Assembly: GCF_021869535.1 (NCBI RefSeq)
Contig: NW_026262734.1
Coordinates: 69,440,001-69,504,000 of the forward strand
Direction: 5' to 3'
DNA: 64,000 bases
Source: Mytilus californianus
Lineage: Eukaryota
Positions 22,701-35,045 of the stretch are shown here, in pieces. The notes below the pieces were generated by a model. The model did not search any database and was not told the origin of the DNA. It saw only the letters and a list, made by a program, of their open reading frames with translations. The position numbers and the translations under genes were made by a program. How positions within the stretch are numbered: position 1 is the first letter of the stretch; each line of letters starts with the position of its first letter.

Positions 22701-25700
22701 ATATGCATGTACTCTTTTTATCCTTTATTTATCATCCCACTTTGATTTGAAATATAAATCTGAAAATTTTATAGTTTTACTTTTACATGTTCTACATGTT
22801 TCCAAACTAAACTTATTAAACATGTTACACTAAATGGAGATTGTTTAAAATTTACATCATTATTAATTTATAGTGATCATGATGATCAGATAAATGAATT
22901 CTACACCAACAGTGTAATCATTGATTTTGGACACATGTATAAAATTTGATCTTAAGCTGATAACATAGAATCAATAAATAATGCTGTGGACATATTAGAC
23001 TAAGTGACTGATGAATAAGTACTTCATCTCACCATGTCAACACAGACATTTCTATACAAAATTTTATGAGATGGATAACATTAAGTTGTATGGATTTATC
23101 AATTAAAACTTTCATATCAGTCTTCATTATACAAGTTTTAGGAAATATATATATACATTGAGTAAAAAAAGTATAGCAACATATGTTTTAATTATAGAAA
23201 TTAGAATTTTAAAATTTTCAAAGTTTAAAATATTCAAATATTCTATGAACAAAGAAATACAGGTTGAATTCAATTTTAGTTGATTTCACTATTATCATAA
23301 CAAGGGTTATAGGACTTGATTGTCAGGAAAAAATGTGTGATTGCGATTGACAATATTCTGGTCAAATGCAATCTCAGACTGACAAGCAGATATTTTGCTG
23401 AAAATTTTGTTCATACTGTAATTCTGCAAATATATGAAGTCATCATGAACATTTGCAAAATGTGTTTGAACAACTGCTATATATATCTTCAAGACTACAT
23501 GTATCTAAATTTTAGGTACAAAGTAGTATCTGTATGAGGTTCTTGAAATACTCAAATGGTTACAGATAAGGTTTTTAATTTCTTGTTGCATGCTCCAGAA
23601 ATTGCTGTATATAGGAAACTCAGCCCAATTTGGCAAAGCTGTGTTTTTTTATGTGTTTCTAAATGACCCTATGCCATTTGCATCTCATATGCTTGCAAAT
23701 GACTACTACATTTAAATTGAATAATATGGAGAGTGTGTCCCAGACTTTCTGGGTTAGGCTAGGTTGTGGAAATTACTTTGAACTATTTACCTTTTTCAAT
23801 AGAATGCATAACTTTGTCATGTTTGTGGCTATGGGGTTCAGGTTATGCAGATGGATAAAATCAAAAGTTGTAAGTTGAAATATTTTTTCCAGAAAACTAC
23901 TCAGTTGAAACAGATGCTGAATTCCAAAGATTTAGAATTTATAATGGAGGCTCATAATGGTCTGAGTGCCAGAATAGTTCAGGAAGCAGGTAACTAAAGT
24001 GCTATTGATTCATCTAAAATATTTTGCTGCTTAAAACGAAAAAAATAATACTAAAAAACATTGTTTAGACTTTTCAGATGACCATTTAAGATTAAAATTC
24101 ATTTACTAGTGAAATATGTGATACAGTATATATAGATTTTTAAAAATTAATTTTCTGTGTATATAGAAAAAGAAGATGTTGTATAATTGCCAATGAGAAA
24201 ACTATCTATAAATGACCAAAGGACATAGATGTTAGCAGCTATAGGTCCCTGTAGGGTATTCTACAATAAGCATTACCCACACTGCATAAGTATTTGCATG
24301 ATGTAGATTTTTAAATAAACTCATCATAGATACCAGGTTTGAAATCTTATATTTGCACCAGACAGGCGTTTTGTCTACAAAAGACTCATCAGTGACGCTT
24401 AAATCAAAAAATGTTAAAAAGGCCAAATTTGAATAACTATATCAAATATGGTGTTCTTGATGTACATATATACAACACTCTTTGTTCAGCAAAAGTTTTT
24501 AGCTCACTGGGCCCAAAGGGCCCCATGTGAGCTTATGCCATCACTTGGCATCCGTCGTCGTCTGTTGTTTTCATGGTTGTCGTAAACTATTTCAAGAATC
24601 TTTTTCTCTGAAACTGCTGGGCCAAATACCTTCAAATTTTAACTGAATGTTCCTTAGGGTAACTGATTTATAAATTGTATTGAAGTTTTGATTTATTAAC
24701 AAACTTGGCCGCCATGGCTAAAAATAGAACATAGGGGTCAAATGCAGTTTTTGGCTTTTATCTCAAAAACTATAGCAGTTAGAGCAAAAATATTCAAGAT
24801 AATGATAAACTGTAAACAGCAAAAATGTTCAGCAAAGTAAGATCTACAAAAAATTATATATGACCAAAATTGTCAATTGAGACCCCTTAAGGAGTTATTG
24901 CCCTTTAAGACAATTTTACACTATTTGTTTTAACATGTTTGTTAACATTTAAAAATCTTCTCCTCTGAAACTGCTGGGCCTAATACTTTTAAACTTTAAA
25001 TGAATGTTCCTTAGGGTAACTGGTTTATAAATTGTATCCGAAGTTTTGATCCATTAACAAACATGGCCGCCATGGCTAAAAATAGAACATGGGGGTCAAA
25101 TGCAGTTTTTGGCTTTTATCTCAAAAGCTATAGCAGTTAGAGCAAAAATGACATGGAGTTAAAGTGATGAATAAGTCAAGATCTATCTGCTATGAAATTT
25201 TCAGACAAATTGGACCACCCATTGTAGGGTTACTGTCCAAAATAATTAATTTTTATTAAATTTTACTGTTTTTGGTTATTTTCTTTAATATTATAATAGA
25301 TAGAGAGAAAGTATAAATGGCAATAAATATTCAGTAAAAATCAACAAATAAATCAACATGATCAGTATAGTCAATTGACCCCTTGAAGAGTTATTGCCCT
25401 TAAAACTTTTTTTTTTTTTACATTTTTTGTGAAAGTCTTATTACTTTTTCAAAAATCTTCCTCTCGGAAACTACTTGGCCAAATACTTAAAAACTTTAAT
25501 GGAATGTTCCTTAGGGTATCTTGTTGTTTGTATTCGGGGATTTGATTCATTCAAAAATATGGCGGTAGTTTCTAAAAATAGAACATAGAGGTCAAATGAA
25601 GTTTTTGGCTTTCATCTCAAAAACTAAAGCAGTAAGAGCAAAACTGACATAGGTGAAAGTGTTAAACAGGTTTAGATCTACCTTTCAAATAATCTTCAGA

Positions 25701-28700
25701 CCAATAGGACAACTTATTGTTGGGTTACTGTCCAGAAATAGTTAATTTTTAGGAAATTTTAGTTTTGGGTTATGTATTATCTATAATATAATTATAGAAA
25801 GAGAGAAAGTGTAAATGACAAAATTGTGCAGCAAATTAAGATCTACAAATAAGTCAAATGCCTGAAACTGAAATTACATAAGCGATATCAGGCTCTCATG
25901 AACCTCTTGTTTAGATATACTTTCAAGGCTTTGATTTAGAGCGATTGCATATTGTTGATTCATTTATTTTCGTAGGTACTAATTTTCGTGGATTGAAGAA
26001 AAAAAAGTATTTTCATGTATATCTGATTTCGTTTTTTGCCAAATTTTGCATACAAGCTTATATAAAAAAAAATTGTTCATTGAACATTTAAATTTGTGGT
26101 TCAGGTGTACCCATGAAACCACAGAAAACTGGTATCCCACATATATAACAATAAATCCACAGTACCTACATGACACTAGACAAAAAGTGTAAATTAAATT
26201 TAGACATATTTGCTAGTATATAAAATTAAAAATGGAAACAGGGAATGCGTCAAAGAGACAACAACCCGACCAAAGAGCAGAAACAGCCCAAGGCCACCAA
26301 TGGGTCTTCAACACAGCGAGAAAATCTGCACCCTGATGCATTAACAGGAATCACATTAAATTCCCTGGCTCAATTGTTGTTTGTTCAAGATTTGTATTTA
26401 CTGTACATATTTAACATTAAATTGATTGGTCTTGTGTCTATTGCAATAAAATTGAAGGACAAGAACTTTTAAACACTTCATCAGATTTACCATAGTTACT
26501 GTTGTTCAGTTGTCTTTTGTGTATTAAACATTATTTCTGTGGATATTTCACTAAATTGTACTTTATAGGATTTAAGGGTATTTGGGGAAGTGGATTGTCA
26601 GTATCTGCTCAGCTAGGAGTGAGAGATAGTAACGAAGCATCGTGGACACAAGTTGTAGAAGTGTTAGAGTTTATGAGTGATGCTTCAGATGTACCCATCC
26701 TGCTGGATGCTGATACTGGATATGGGAATTTCAATAACGCCAGACGACTAGTCAGGAAACTTGAAGACAGAGGAGTAGCAGGTATATTGTTGTGAACTTC
26801 AGAAACACAATTAAAAATGCCAGTTCAGGACCAAAGAATAACACTTATTCTTGGTTGAAATAACTTGATAATTTGGTTTATTCTTTAAATGAATTTAAGA
26901 AACATAAAACATGTCTACTTTCATAGAAAAGATTAAATTAGGCTGGGATTGATTTGTACAAATTGGCCATGCTGGAAAAATTTGTTGATTTGGCAAATAG
27001 AAGACAATGTACATGATATATAAATGTATTGCCCGATATCTTTTTAGTGTTTTTAAATGTAGATTTCAAATGCTAAAAATCTGATTTTGATTGCATTCAG
27101 ATATTAGTGGCATTCTATTAAGCTTATATTTTAAAAACCTAAAAAGATGAAAATGTATGTGCTGTCTCCATAAGCTTGAAATAATTTATTTTTGAAAATT
27201 TGTTGAAGGTGCCTGTTTAGAAGACAAATTGTTCCCTAAAACAAACTCTCTACATGATGGAAGAGCACAACCATTGGCTGATATTGAAGAATTTGCTTTG
27301 AAAATCAAGGTAATAAAAATTAATATTTTCATACGGTTTCATTTTAGAAGTGTTGTCATTAGTTAAATTAAAACCTGTGTTGTATCCTATTCTGATCGAA
27401 ATAATTTTCACTGCAAAAAGATTGTGAACAAGTTCTCTTCTGTTACTTTGTATAAAACAAATTTGATGTAGAATAAGATGTTATAACATAATTTTCAATA
27501 ATTTAACAGAAATCAGCTAGTTTTCATGTGAAGGATATAAAAATAGTATAAGTTTATTCCTGTTAATGTTTCTCATCATATCACAAAATGGAAATCAATG
27601 TGGATGCAGCAAATTTTCTGTTTTCAAATTGTCCCATTTTTCGGAGGTGAAGACAGGAAGCAAACAGCATACAATACTCAAAAGCAAGATTTCTTCTTCA
27701 ATTGTATGCTTTCATTATCTAAAGCAAACCAAAACTTTCAGCTTATGCTGATTTTAGATATAGGATTCACCAATTGTGTGTCTCTTTCCATAAAAAAAAG
27801 GTTTTAAAATATTTAAATTATACTGAGTAAGTAACTGATAAGTTACATATATAAAGGAAATCATCAAAGATTACTTGAAGTGTCTTTTTAGCATGAACAA
27901 ACAGTACTTTTATATTTTTAGTGGCAGTTTCTATACTACATTTACTAGTAGTGGCATGCCATTTAAAAACACAAGAATATTTTGTTTAGTCACTTCCACA
28001 ATATTTAGTACCACACTTAATTTCAGGCTTGTAAAGACACACAGACAGATCCTGATTTTTGTATTGTAGCTAGAGTGGAAGCCTTTATAGCAGGCTGGGG
28101 TTTGGATGAAGCTCTGAAAAGGGCAGAGGCATACAGAAATGCAGGTAAACAAATCACAGCTGTTATATTTAATATTACAAAAACAACGTGTCTTTAAACA
28201 TATATGTTAAACTTCAATCAAGCCTTAGTACATTGTGTATACTGAGCACATAGAATATTGATACTTTACTTTAACCAGCTTCAATTTTGACAAATCAGCT
28301 ATTTTCATCTTGTTGTTTTGAACAAAAAAATGTTATATCCCTGCTCCAAAGGTGGGAGGGTATACTGTTTAACACCCGCCTTATTATGAAAGTCTTGTCC
28401 AAAGGAGTGGAGTATACTAGTATACATCTAGATCTGTCCATCCCATGAAGTTTTTATAGCAATTATCTCAGGAAAAACAAATCATAGCTTCCTGAAATTT
28501 GGAAGCAAGCTTCATGTGAATACTGTCTACAAAGTGATGCATTTCTGATCTATTGCTTAACAACTTCATGACCAAAAACTTATTATGCTCCCGCCGTAGT
28601 CAACGAGGGCATTAAGTGTTAACCTTGACCGTCTGTCTTTCCTTCCGTCCTTCCGTCTGTCCCATTTTCTTTATTGCACTCTAACTTAAGTTTTCCTCAT

Positions 28701-31700
28701 CAAAATTTTATTTTAAAATCAACCAAAACATGCAGATAGAGTTCAAATTAGGGCAGTGAGTTACTTACCGTTCTAAAGTTATGCACCTTTATAACTAGGA
28801 AATTGCAATTTTTTACATTTCTGCACTTTAACTTAAGTTTTCCTCATCCAAATTTTATGAAACTCATACACAATGCTAAGACCCATAACTTGCAGAGTTG
28901 TTCGAATTTGGGCAGTGAGTCACTTATCGTTCTAGAGTTATGCCCCTTTATGACTTTAAAATTGCAAAGCTGTGTAGGGGCATTGTGTCCTTAGACACAT
29001 TTTTTTTTTATTTTCCATTTTTAAAAACTCTCACACATAAAAGCCATGTATGAACTTTTGAAAGTTGATGTAAAGCTTCAAGGGATCATATTATACAGTG
29101 TGATGCATTTGAACATTCATTACTCATCAACTTCCTGTGAGCATATTAAACAGTATGATACATTTTCTCATTCATCGCTCATCGTCCTCCTGTTCACAGA
29201 ATACTGATACACATGTATATTCTTACACTTTTAGGCAATGTATGAAAATTTCTGTCACATTTTTCTCAGGAACTACAAATTGGAGTACCCTTAAATTTGG
29301 TATTTGGCTTCATGCAAGCATGTTATATTTTGTAATGCTTTTCACAGCCATTGCTCATCAGCTTCCTGTCTACCAAATACAGCATTAGCTCACAGTTCAG
29401 TTTTTTGTTCCTATTTTACTTCAACTTTTAGTGATTTTAGAAATGATCTTATTTTTATGAATATCCTCATATCATGCATTAGCAGTACTAGTGCAATAGA
29501 AAAAAAAGAATTCTGTTTACCTTATGTGCATACATTGATGTGCTTATTGTAAATTTATGTTCTTCAATTTGATCTTTATTTATAGGTGCAGATGCCATTT
29601 TAATGCACAGTAAAAAGGGTGATCCATCTGACATAGAGGCTTTTATGAAGGCTTGGAACAATCAGGTTTGTATTTCGATCTATAAGATTTTCTGTTTTAT
29701 GAACATATGTTATTGATTTCAGAGGGCTTAATAAATTAATAAATTTTTATAGAGAGGATACTTGGATATTATCTTAACCTGATACCCAAAAATAAAATAA
29801 AATTTTTTGTTAAAGCTGGTAGTTATTTCTACCTTTCAGAATACTCTAGAAAGGTATATCTTGATTATTTGTGTCATTAGGTGCTGTCTTTATTTTACAA
29901 TACCCAACAGCTCCTTTTATCCATCTGTAAATAATAAAATCATTTTTGGAACAAAGAAAAAGAGAAGAATCATATGAGACTTCAAATTTAACTTCTGGAA
30001 CCTTATTAGTAGTTTTTATGATGGATCTGGAAACTGTCAAATTTGTTGGACATGACCTTAAACTGAAACCTGCTTGACTGAAATGGTAGATTGGGATATA
30101 GGTCAAGAACTGTATTTTTTTTACAGAAATAATTTTGGTCATTTCATTGAGATTGGTGTTTTTATCACCAGTTTTCACTAATTTTGTTTTGCAATGCTTT
30201 TCTGGTAATAAAATTGCCACTCAGGTATAGTTTGGCCTACTAATTACCTTATTAATGCCTCCAAGAGATACTGACCACTGGAAACTAATTACTTTTTAAC
30301 CGTGTTCTCATACCTTACAGTAGTGATCAAGCTCAGAACTAATAAAAAGAAATTCTATTCTATGGCAAGTTACTTCATTATCTAATAACTTTTCAGCAAA
30401 TACAATTACTAAATTTTTAAAATATAATGGTTTCCTGCCATTTTAAAAAAACCAGAAAGAACTGTATTTGGAATCACCCTTAAGGTTGCATTTCTGTAAA
30501 TATAGACAATGCAATTTCCCATAGGAACTCCCTTTGCGGCTAAAACTGTGCCACTTTTACTATGAAGTTTCGTAAAAAATTATATCCTAGAATGGAAAGC
30601 TGATATGCACTGCTATTTTATTCAAAGGTCAAAACCTAGGGCTGTGCGGCATATTTTCAACATTTATATGCCCTGAACTTGTTAGAGTTTAAACTTATAC
30701 TAAAATTCTGTACTATCCCTACCTCCACTTTTTACCTACTTCAGAATTCAATTTTCACCAAAACAATAGGTTTTTATACTGGTAACAGTCCCAAGTTATG
30801 TCTCTATGAGATGAAACATAGAGATCATATCCGGGAACCAGTACGTAAACAAGTCAAGTTATCTATGAATATTATATATCTCCCCAAAAGAGGCGTGGTT
30901 TGAGAAACAGCTGTATTTACAAAGTGCAACCTTAATTTATGATTATCTTTAAACTTCTGGTTTTTATTTCATCTCTCAAAATCAAAAGAAGGGGGACTGA
31001 TTCCTGAGAAATTTAAAGCTTTGAGTCATTTAAATCATTTCAATTTTAAACCGTTGCATATCATTCATATCAAAATGACCAAATTGTGTGAAAAATTTCT
31101 TGATCCTTGGTTGTGATTATATTTCATTTGGTTTGTTTGTTTGTTTTGTTGGTACTAACACCACTTTCAATGACTTTGGTTGAATCATAGTGGCCAGTTT
31201 TTATTATAACACCTGTGACAAAAGGAATTGGAAGCAGAACACCTGACCGGTTGTTTGTTACCATGGACTATAATACTTACAGATCAATAATTTTTCAGTT
31301 TATTGCTTTACTATCAAACTATTCTTGTGTTTCAGGGACCTGTAGTGATTGTACCAACAAAATACTACAAAACACCAACAGACCATTTTCGTGATATGGG
31401 TGTTTCTATGGTGATATGGGCCAATCATAACCTTAGAACTTCTGTCAGGGCTATGCAACAAACAACCAAACAGATCTTTGATGACCAATCATTAGTTAAT
31501 GTAGAAGATAAGGTAATTATTGTTCATTGTGAGATTTTGCTGAAATACATTGTTGGTTTGTAGCTGGATTTATTGATTATTGTTTGCTTAGCATCCATTT
31601 TGTTTGCAGCATAAAAGATGAATTTTCATATACTTACAGAGAATGGGCAGTCTTTCAACCATGTTAATATCATATAAGATATGAACTTCTAGACAGACCC

Positions 31701-33544
31701 ACCATATTAAACTTTTTATCTTGTTAGTTCACAAGCTAAAAATCCACAGTACTAAGAAATGTTACCCAAAGTACATATTCAAATTTCAATGACTCAATTT
31801 GATGTCTTTGTGCATATTTTATAAGGCTGCTGCTTAGTAAACAAGAAGTTAATACTGATTTAAAGGCTTTGTTCCTGAGTTAAACCCTCACTACAACTTT
31901 TCACACTTGAGGTCAGAATGCTTTCTTGAGACTGAGCTGAGGTAGGTTGAGCACAAATGACTTTTCATGTCATAAATGCTTTCTTCATCTAAAGATTTTA
32001 GACATATCCACAACCATGACAACTTGTTTAAACTACAGACAGAATAGAGCTTGTCATTTTATATAGACACATGTATATCATTTAAGACTGTGTCTTGACC
32101 TCTATGTTTTGTGGTGTCAGGTTGCTGTCTCATTGCTACTTGTCTCTTAAAGTCCCAGCTAAGCCGAAGGGAACTAAATTGATTAAATATTTGGTGTATA
32201 CCATTAGTTGTGTAGCTATATATATATAGGTTAAAAATATAAATTGCAAAAATGATCAGCAACACAAAGAATAACTAGTACAGTCGAACCTCGTTGTATC
32301 GAAAACTGAGATGAGTTGAAGTAATTTCTCGGTCCCCGTAAAATTCCCGTTTGATCAATGCTTTTTTACTTCTGATGAGTCGAACTCAGTTGATTCAAAT
32401 ACTTGGTTAAGTCAAGTAAATTTTATAGTCCCGTCGATGTAAAATTAATGTAAATTGACCCCGATGTCTCGAAGTTCGAAGGATGCAGACTAAATGATAA
32501 ATTTCAAATCAGATGTATTTCTTATGTAACCTAATCATTTCCTAAAAAAATCACAGCTGTGTAAACATACTTGTTTGTATAGCAGTTAATACGACATGTT
32601 TATGGTGACCGGTAATTAACACCTTTGTTGATCGTCCAAGCGGAACTTTATTGTGTTGAACATATACACACATGACATAAAAACGAAATGTATTTAGATG
32701 ACCCAAGCTGAGATTAAATGAATCGTTAGAATTAATTTGTTTTAATTACAATAAATAAAAGGATAAAGACAATCAATTATTAGTATGACACATTAATTTA
32801 AAATGATTGAATGCAAAGCAGACGACCCTCGTCAGAGATTTTTCAGAACTTGTTTCGATCCGTGAGTGATTTCATAATTTATAGTGACTGACCTTTGTAA
32901 ATATTTGTGTGTGTGTATTGATTTTATTTGTGAATGTTTTGTATCTCTAGTGTACTTGTGTTTAATTATAACAAGGGACCAACAATTATGGAGATTGAAA
33001 ACACAATCATAAAGTGTCATATCGAAAAAAAGACACACCGTTTAGAATATCTAGTTTACACGCACAAAGCTTATGCAGTATTACGTGCATCCAAAATTTA
33101 TGACGTCACACTCGACCTCGGATGAGTCGAACCTCAGATAAGTTGAATAGTTTTGACCAGTCCCTTCAACTTCGACATAAAGAGGTTCGACTGCATGTGT
33201 GATTAAAGGTTCTCATTAGCAGACTTGTTTTTTTAACCAGGTGAGTCTCTTGTCCTTTGATCATTATGTAAAGTTGTCTCATTGGGAATTAAACCACATT
33301 TCATTAAATTTATAATGATAATTCAAGATAAAATATTATTAGCTGTTTGGCAACCTTAAATTTTTGTTTAAAAGTTGCTGAATCTTGAATTTCAATCATA
33401 ACAGTAGAATTCTGTGTAGTTAATATGACAGTACATTAAAGAAATATTTTCTAATTTTAGATTGTTAGTGTGAAAGAAATATTCAGGTTACAAAGAGATG
33501 ACGAATTAGTCAAAGCTGAAGACAAATATCTGCCAAAAAATTAA
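13718..33544 (+). CDS. pepM: Phosphoenolpyruvate phosphomutase (PEP mutase), 9 coding exons, 329 aa: join(13718-13787,20844-20893,23893-23989,26569-26781,27209-27309,28027-28144,29586-29665,31336-31512,33461-33544)
   Basis: All introns are GT-AG with matching phases, and the exons sum to 990 nt. From Met35 the translation matches the M. edulis PEP mutase (recalled) apart from a few substitutions. The signature EDK-x5-NS ([10 protein letters not shown]), IWGSG, VRDSNE, LLDADTG, VARVE and LMHSK are intact. Exon 1 is less certain. Confidence 0.95.
16010..16495. mobile_element. Non-autonomous element with a long internal palindrome, replacing most of the LINE RT core
   Basis: ~52-bp inverted arms at 16341-16393 and 16422-16473 with ~5 mismatches. 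LINE coding similarity stops before it and resumes after it. Confidence 0.6.
17279..17345 (-). promoter_or_regulatory. SECIS-like element (type II) in the retroelement 3' UTR
   Basis: Minus strand TCATAT-ATTTT-ATGAC-GGTATAAT-ACT-AAA-CCCCTAACAGGAGGG-ATTGTGCC-TGAT-ATTC-ATATGA: helix I, UGAC/UGAU core, 8-bp helix II, unpaired AAA and mini-stem. Confidence 0.78.
17395..19852 (-). pseudogene. Disrupted EN-tail/RT ORF of the Penelope-like element
   Basis: One frame runs 19852 to 18311, broken only by TGA at 18998-19000 and 18833-18835. Frameshifts occur near 18330 and 17685. Confidence 0.85.
20844..20893 (+). CDS. pepM: PEP mutase exon 2 ([17 protein letters not shown])
   Basis: attattacag acceptor and AAG|gtaatg donor. 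Encodes MSNKVK, equivalent to the known MSTKVK N-terminus. Confidence 0.88.
21661..22159 (+). mobile_element. Short 3'-end copy of the same Penelope-like family (pepM intron 2)
   Basis: Reverse complement of 16757-17250; starts just downstream of the SECIS. Confidence 0.85.
23893..23989 (+). CDS. pepM: PEP mutase exon 3 ([32 protein letters not shown]-)
   Basis: tttttccag acceptor, G|gtaact donor. Confidence 0.97.
24355..24398 (-). ncRNA. Decayed minimal type I hammerhead ribozyme within a repeat fragment (~24315-24427)
   Basis: Minus strand GCGTCA-CTGATGA-GTCT-TTTGT-AGAC-AAAAC-GCCT-GTC-TGGTGC. The core is intact except GAAA>AAAA. Confidence 0.75.
24496..25912. mobile_element. Helentron-associated (HINE/pearl-like) non-autonomous element with internal tandem repeats
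   Basis: T-tract start TTTTTAGCTCAC, GTC-type microsatellite, three imperfect repeats starting aatctt..ctct..gaaact...ggcc.aatac (~24595, 24952, 25452), and a 3' hairpin AGGCTCTCATGAACCT followed by TT. Confidence 0.72.
26222..26332 (-). repeat. Terminal fragment of the Penelope-like 3' end
   Basis: Matches 16757-16870. Confidence 0.75.
26569..26781 (+). CDS. pepM: PEP mutase exon 4 (GFKGIWGSG...LEDRGVA-)
   Basis: ctttatag acceptor, G|gtatat donor, contains the DADTGYG motif. Confidence 0.98.
27209..27309 (+). CDS. pepM: PEP mutase exon 5 ([34 protein letters not shown])
   Basis: Contains the EDK-x5-NS signature; AAG|gtaata donor. Confidence 0.98.
28027..28144 (+). CDS. pepM: PEP mutase exon 6 ([39 protein letters not shown]-)
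   Basis: tttcag acceptor, G|gtaaac donor. Confidence 0.98.
28581..29005. mobile_element. Second HINE/pearl-like element
   Basis: TTATGCTCCCGCC start, (CCGT/CTGT) microsatellite, duplicated internal block, and a 3' hairpin TGTGTCC-TTA-GACACA followed by a T-tract. Confidence 0.62.
29586..29665 (+). CDS. pepM: PEP mutase exon 7 ([27 protein letters not shown])
   Basis: ttatag acceptor, CAG|gtttgt donor. Confidence 0.97.
30484..30931. mobile_element. 448-bp MITE with TTAA target-site duplication (Kolobok-like)
   Basis: TTAA|GGTTGCATTTCTGTAAATA ... TATTTACAAAGTGCAACC|TTAA. Confidence 0.82.
31336..31512 (+). CDS. pepM: PEP mutase exon 8 ([10 protein letters not shown]...SLVNVEDK)
   Basis: tttcag acceptor, AAG|gtaatt donor. 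Confidence 0.98.
32281..33193. mobile_element. ~0.9-kb Tc1/pogo-type MITE
   Basis: TA|CAGTCGAACCTCGTTGTATCGAA ... TTCGACATAAAGAGGTTCGACTG|CA, with subterminal GATGAGTCGAAC repeats. Confidence 0.8.
33461..33544 (+). CDS. pepM: PEP mutase exon 9 ([27 protein letters not shown])
   Basis: ttttag acceptor, TAA stop, C-terminus as in the known enzyme. Confidence 0.97.
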   Translation: MVSVKEIFRLQRDDELVKAEDKYLPKN

Positions 33545-34789
33545 ACTTTAAATCATGGTGCTGAAAAAAATGTGTTCTTTAAATATTTCACTTGCAAGTG
33601 AATTAGCCTTTAAGGTATTACTAAGCAGCAAAGTATCTGCACCGGTGATTTTTCTGGTATTAATTGTTAATAATCAGTGTACATTCATGTGGTAAATTTT
33701 TTATTTTAAACTTCAGTGTTTGTTAGATTTGTTAAAGGGATATATATGGTCTAGAATATACATTTTTTATTACTTGTACTCAAAGCAATATAAGATATTG
33801 TAATAATTATAAATAAGGACTTTATATTAGTTTAATGGCTATAATATATGAATAATTGTATATGACAAATTAGGGTTTTCATCCAGAGGTCACAGTTCAC
33901 TGAATGTTATCGTAATGTAAATCAGGTATAAGGTTTTAGATGAAGTAGTTTACCATGAAGTTATGGTTACATCAACTTTGTAATCATTATAGATGTTTAT
34001 CATGGTGTGGACTTTTTAAAATTTTGCAAAATTTGGTTTTTGACCCAGATTTCATGCTTTCTCTAAAGATGGAAATTTGATATTACGAGTATATACTAAA
34101 CTATACTGTATATATATATTACATTTATTGTAAATCAAAGAAACAAATGATTTTATTTTTTTGAAATTTTGATAAGAATGTGATTTTGGTAGACCATATC
34201 TATCCTCTTTTAAGTTTTGTGGGATGTTATGTTTATAGTATTAAGATGATTTTATCTTATTAATGATATATAGTTCTTGATATAAATATTGTCAAGAAAC
34301 CAATTTTTGTGGGGAAATTGTGAAAGTGTAGAATAATTTGTGAAATGGGGATGATTCAGAAATGACTTTGTTAAGGTAAACAATTATACACCTTTACATT
34401 TGTTTTGGAAGTTGCTTACAATGTGATCTTGTAGCAAAACAGTTTTTTTTCACCATATAACATTTAGATTTTAACAGGCAAGGCTTCTTATTATGCCATT
34501 TTTTGTGAAAGAAGTAAAGGTATTAAATTGTGGGCAATATGTTGTAAAGGAGTAATTTAGAAAAAAAAATAGTTGTTTTGATATGGGATGTATGAAGATA
34601 GAATATGAATTATGCATTATGCATTAGGGAAAATTGTAGTGTAGCTGTGAATTGTATTTTTAACTGACACTGATGGGTTATTTGGAAAAAGTTGATAAAA
34701 ATGTGGTTTTGGTATTTTGGTACCCATATATATTATTAGAATTGTTGTCTGAACGTATTATCAACTGACTGACCAAACTTGTCATTATG

Positions 34790-35045
34790 ACAACAGTGGC
34801 TGAGTGGTCTAAGTAGTTCAACTACTGTATCACTAGTTTGTCAACACTGAGGGTGTGAATTTGAACCCTGCATGTGGCAGGTGTGTTTGACTCCAATCTA
34901 TCTTAATTGTCTGGGATTGTCAGTTTTCCTGTCAAAGTCTGGTGCTTCTCTACAGGCACTTTTGATTCCTCCACCAATAAAAACTGACTGCCACGAAAAG
35001 CCAATAGTGCTGAAAGTGGCGTTAAACACCAATCAATCAATCATT
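34790..35045 (+). mobile_element. tRNA-derived SINE (MetaSINE-like)
   Basis: A-box GTGGCTGAGTGG, conserved CCTCCACCAATAAAAACTGAC.GCCACG...TGAAAGTGGCGTTAAACACC block, (CAAT)n tail. Confidence 0.75.

Noticed and set aside
23851-23892. In-frame ATG just upstream of exon 3 ([14 protein letters not shown]) as an alternative pepM start
   Set aside because: It overlaps a canonical polypyrimidine/CAG acceptor, and exon 2 supplies the homologous MSNKVK
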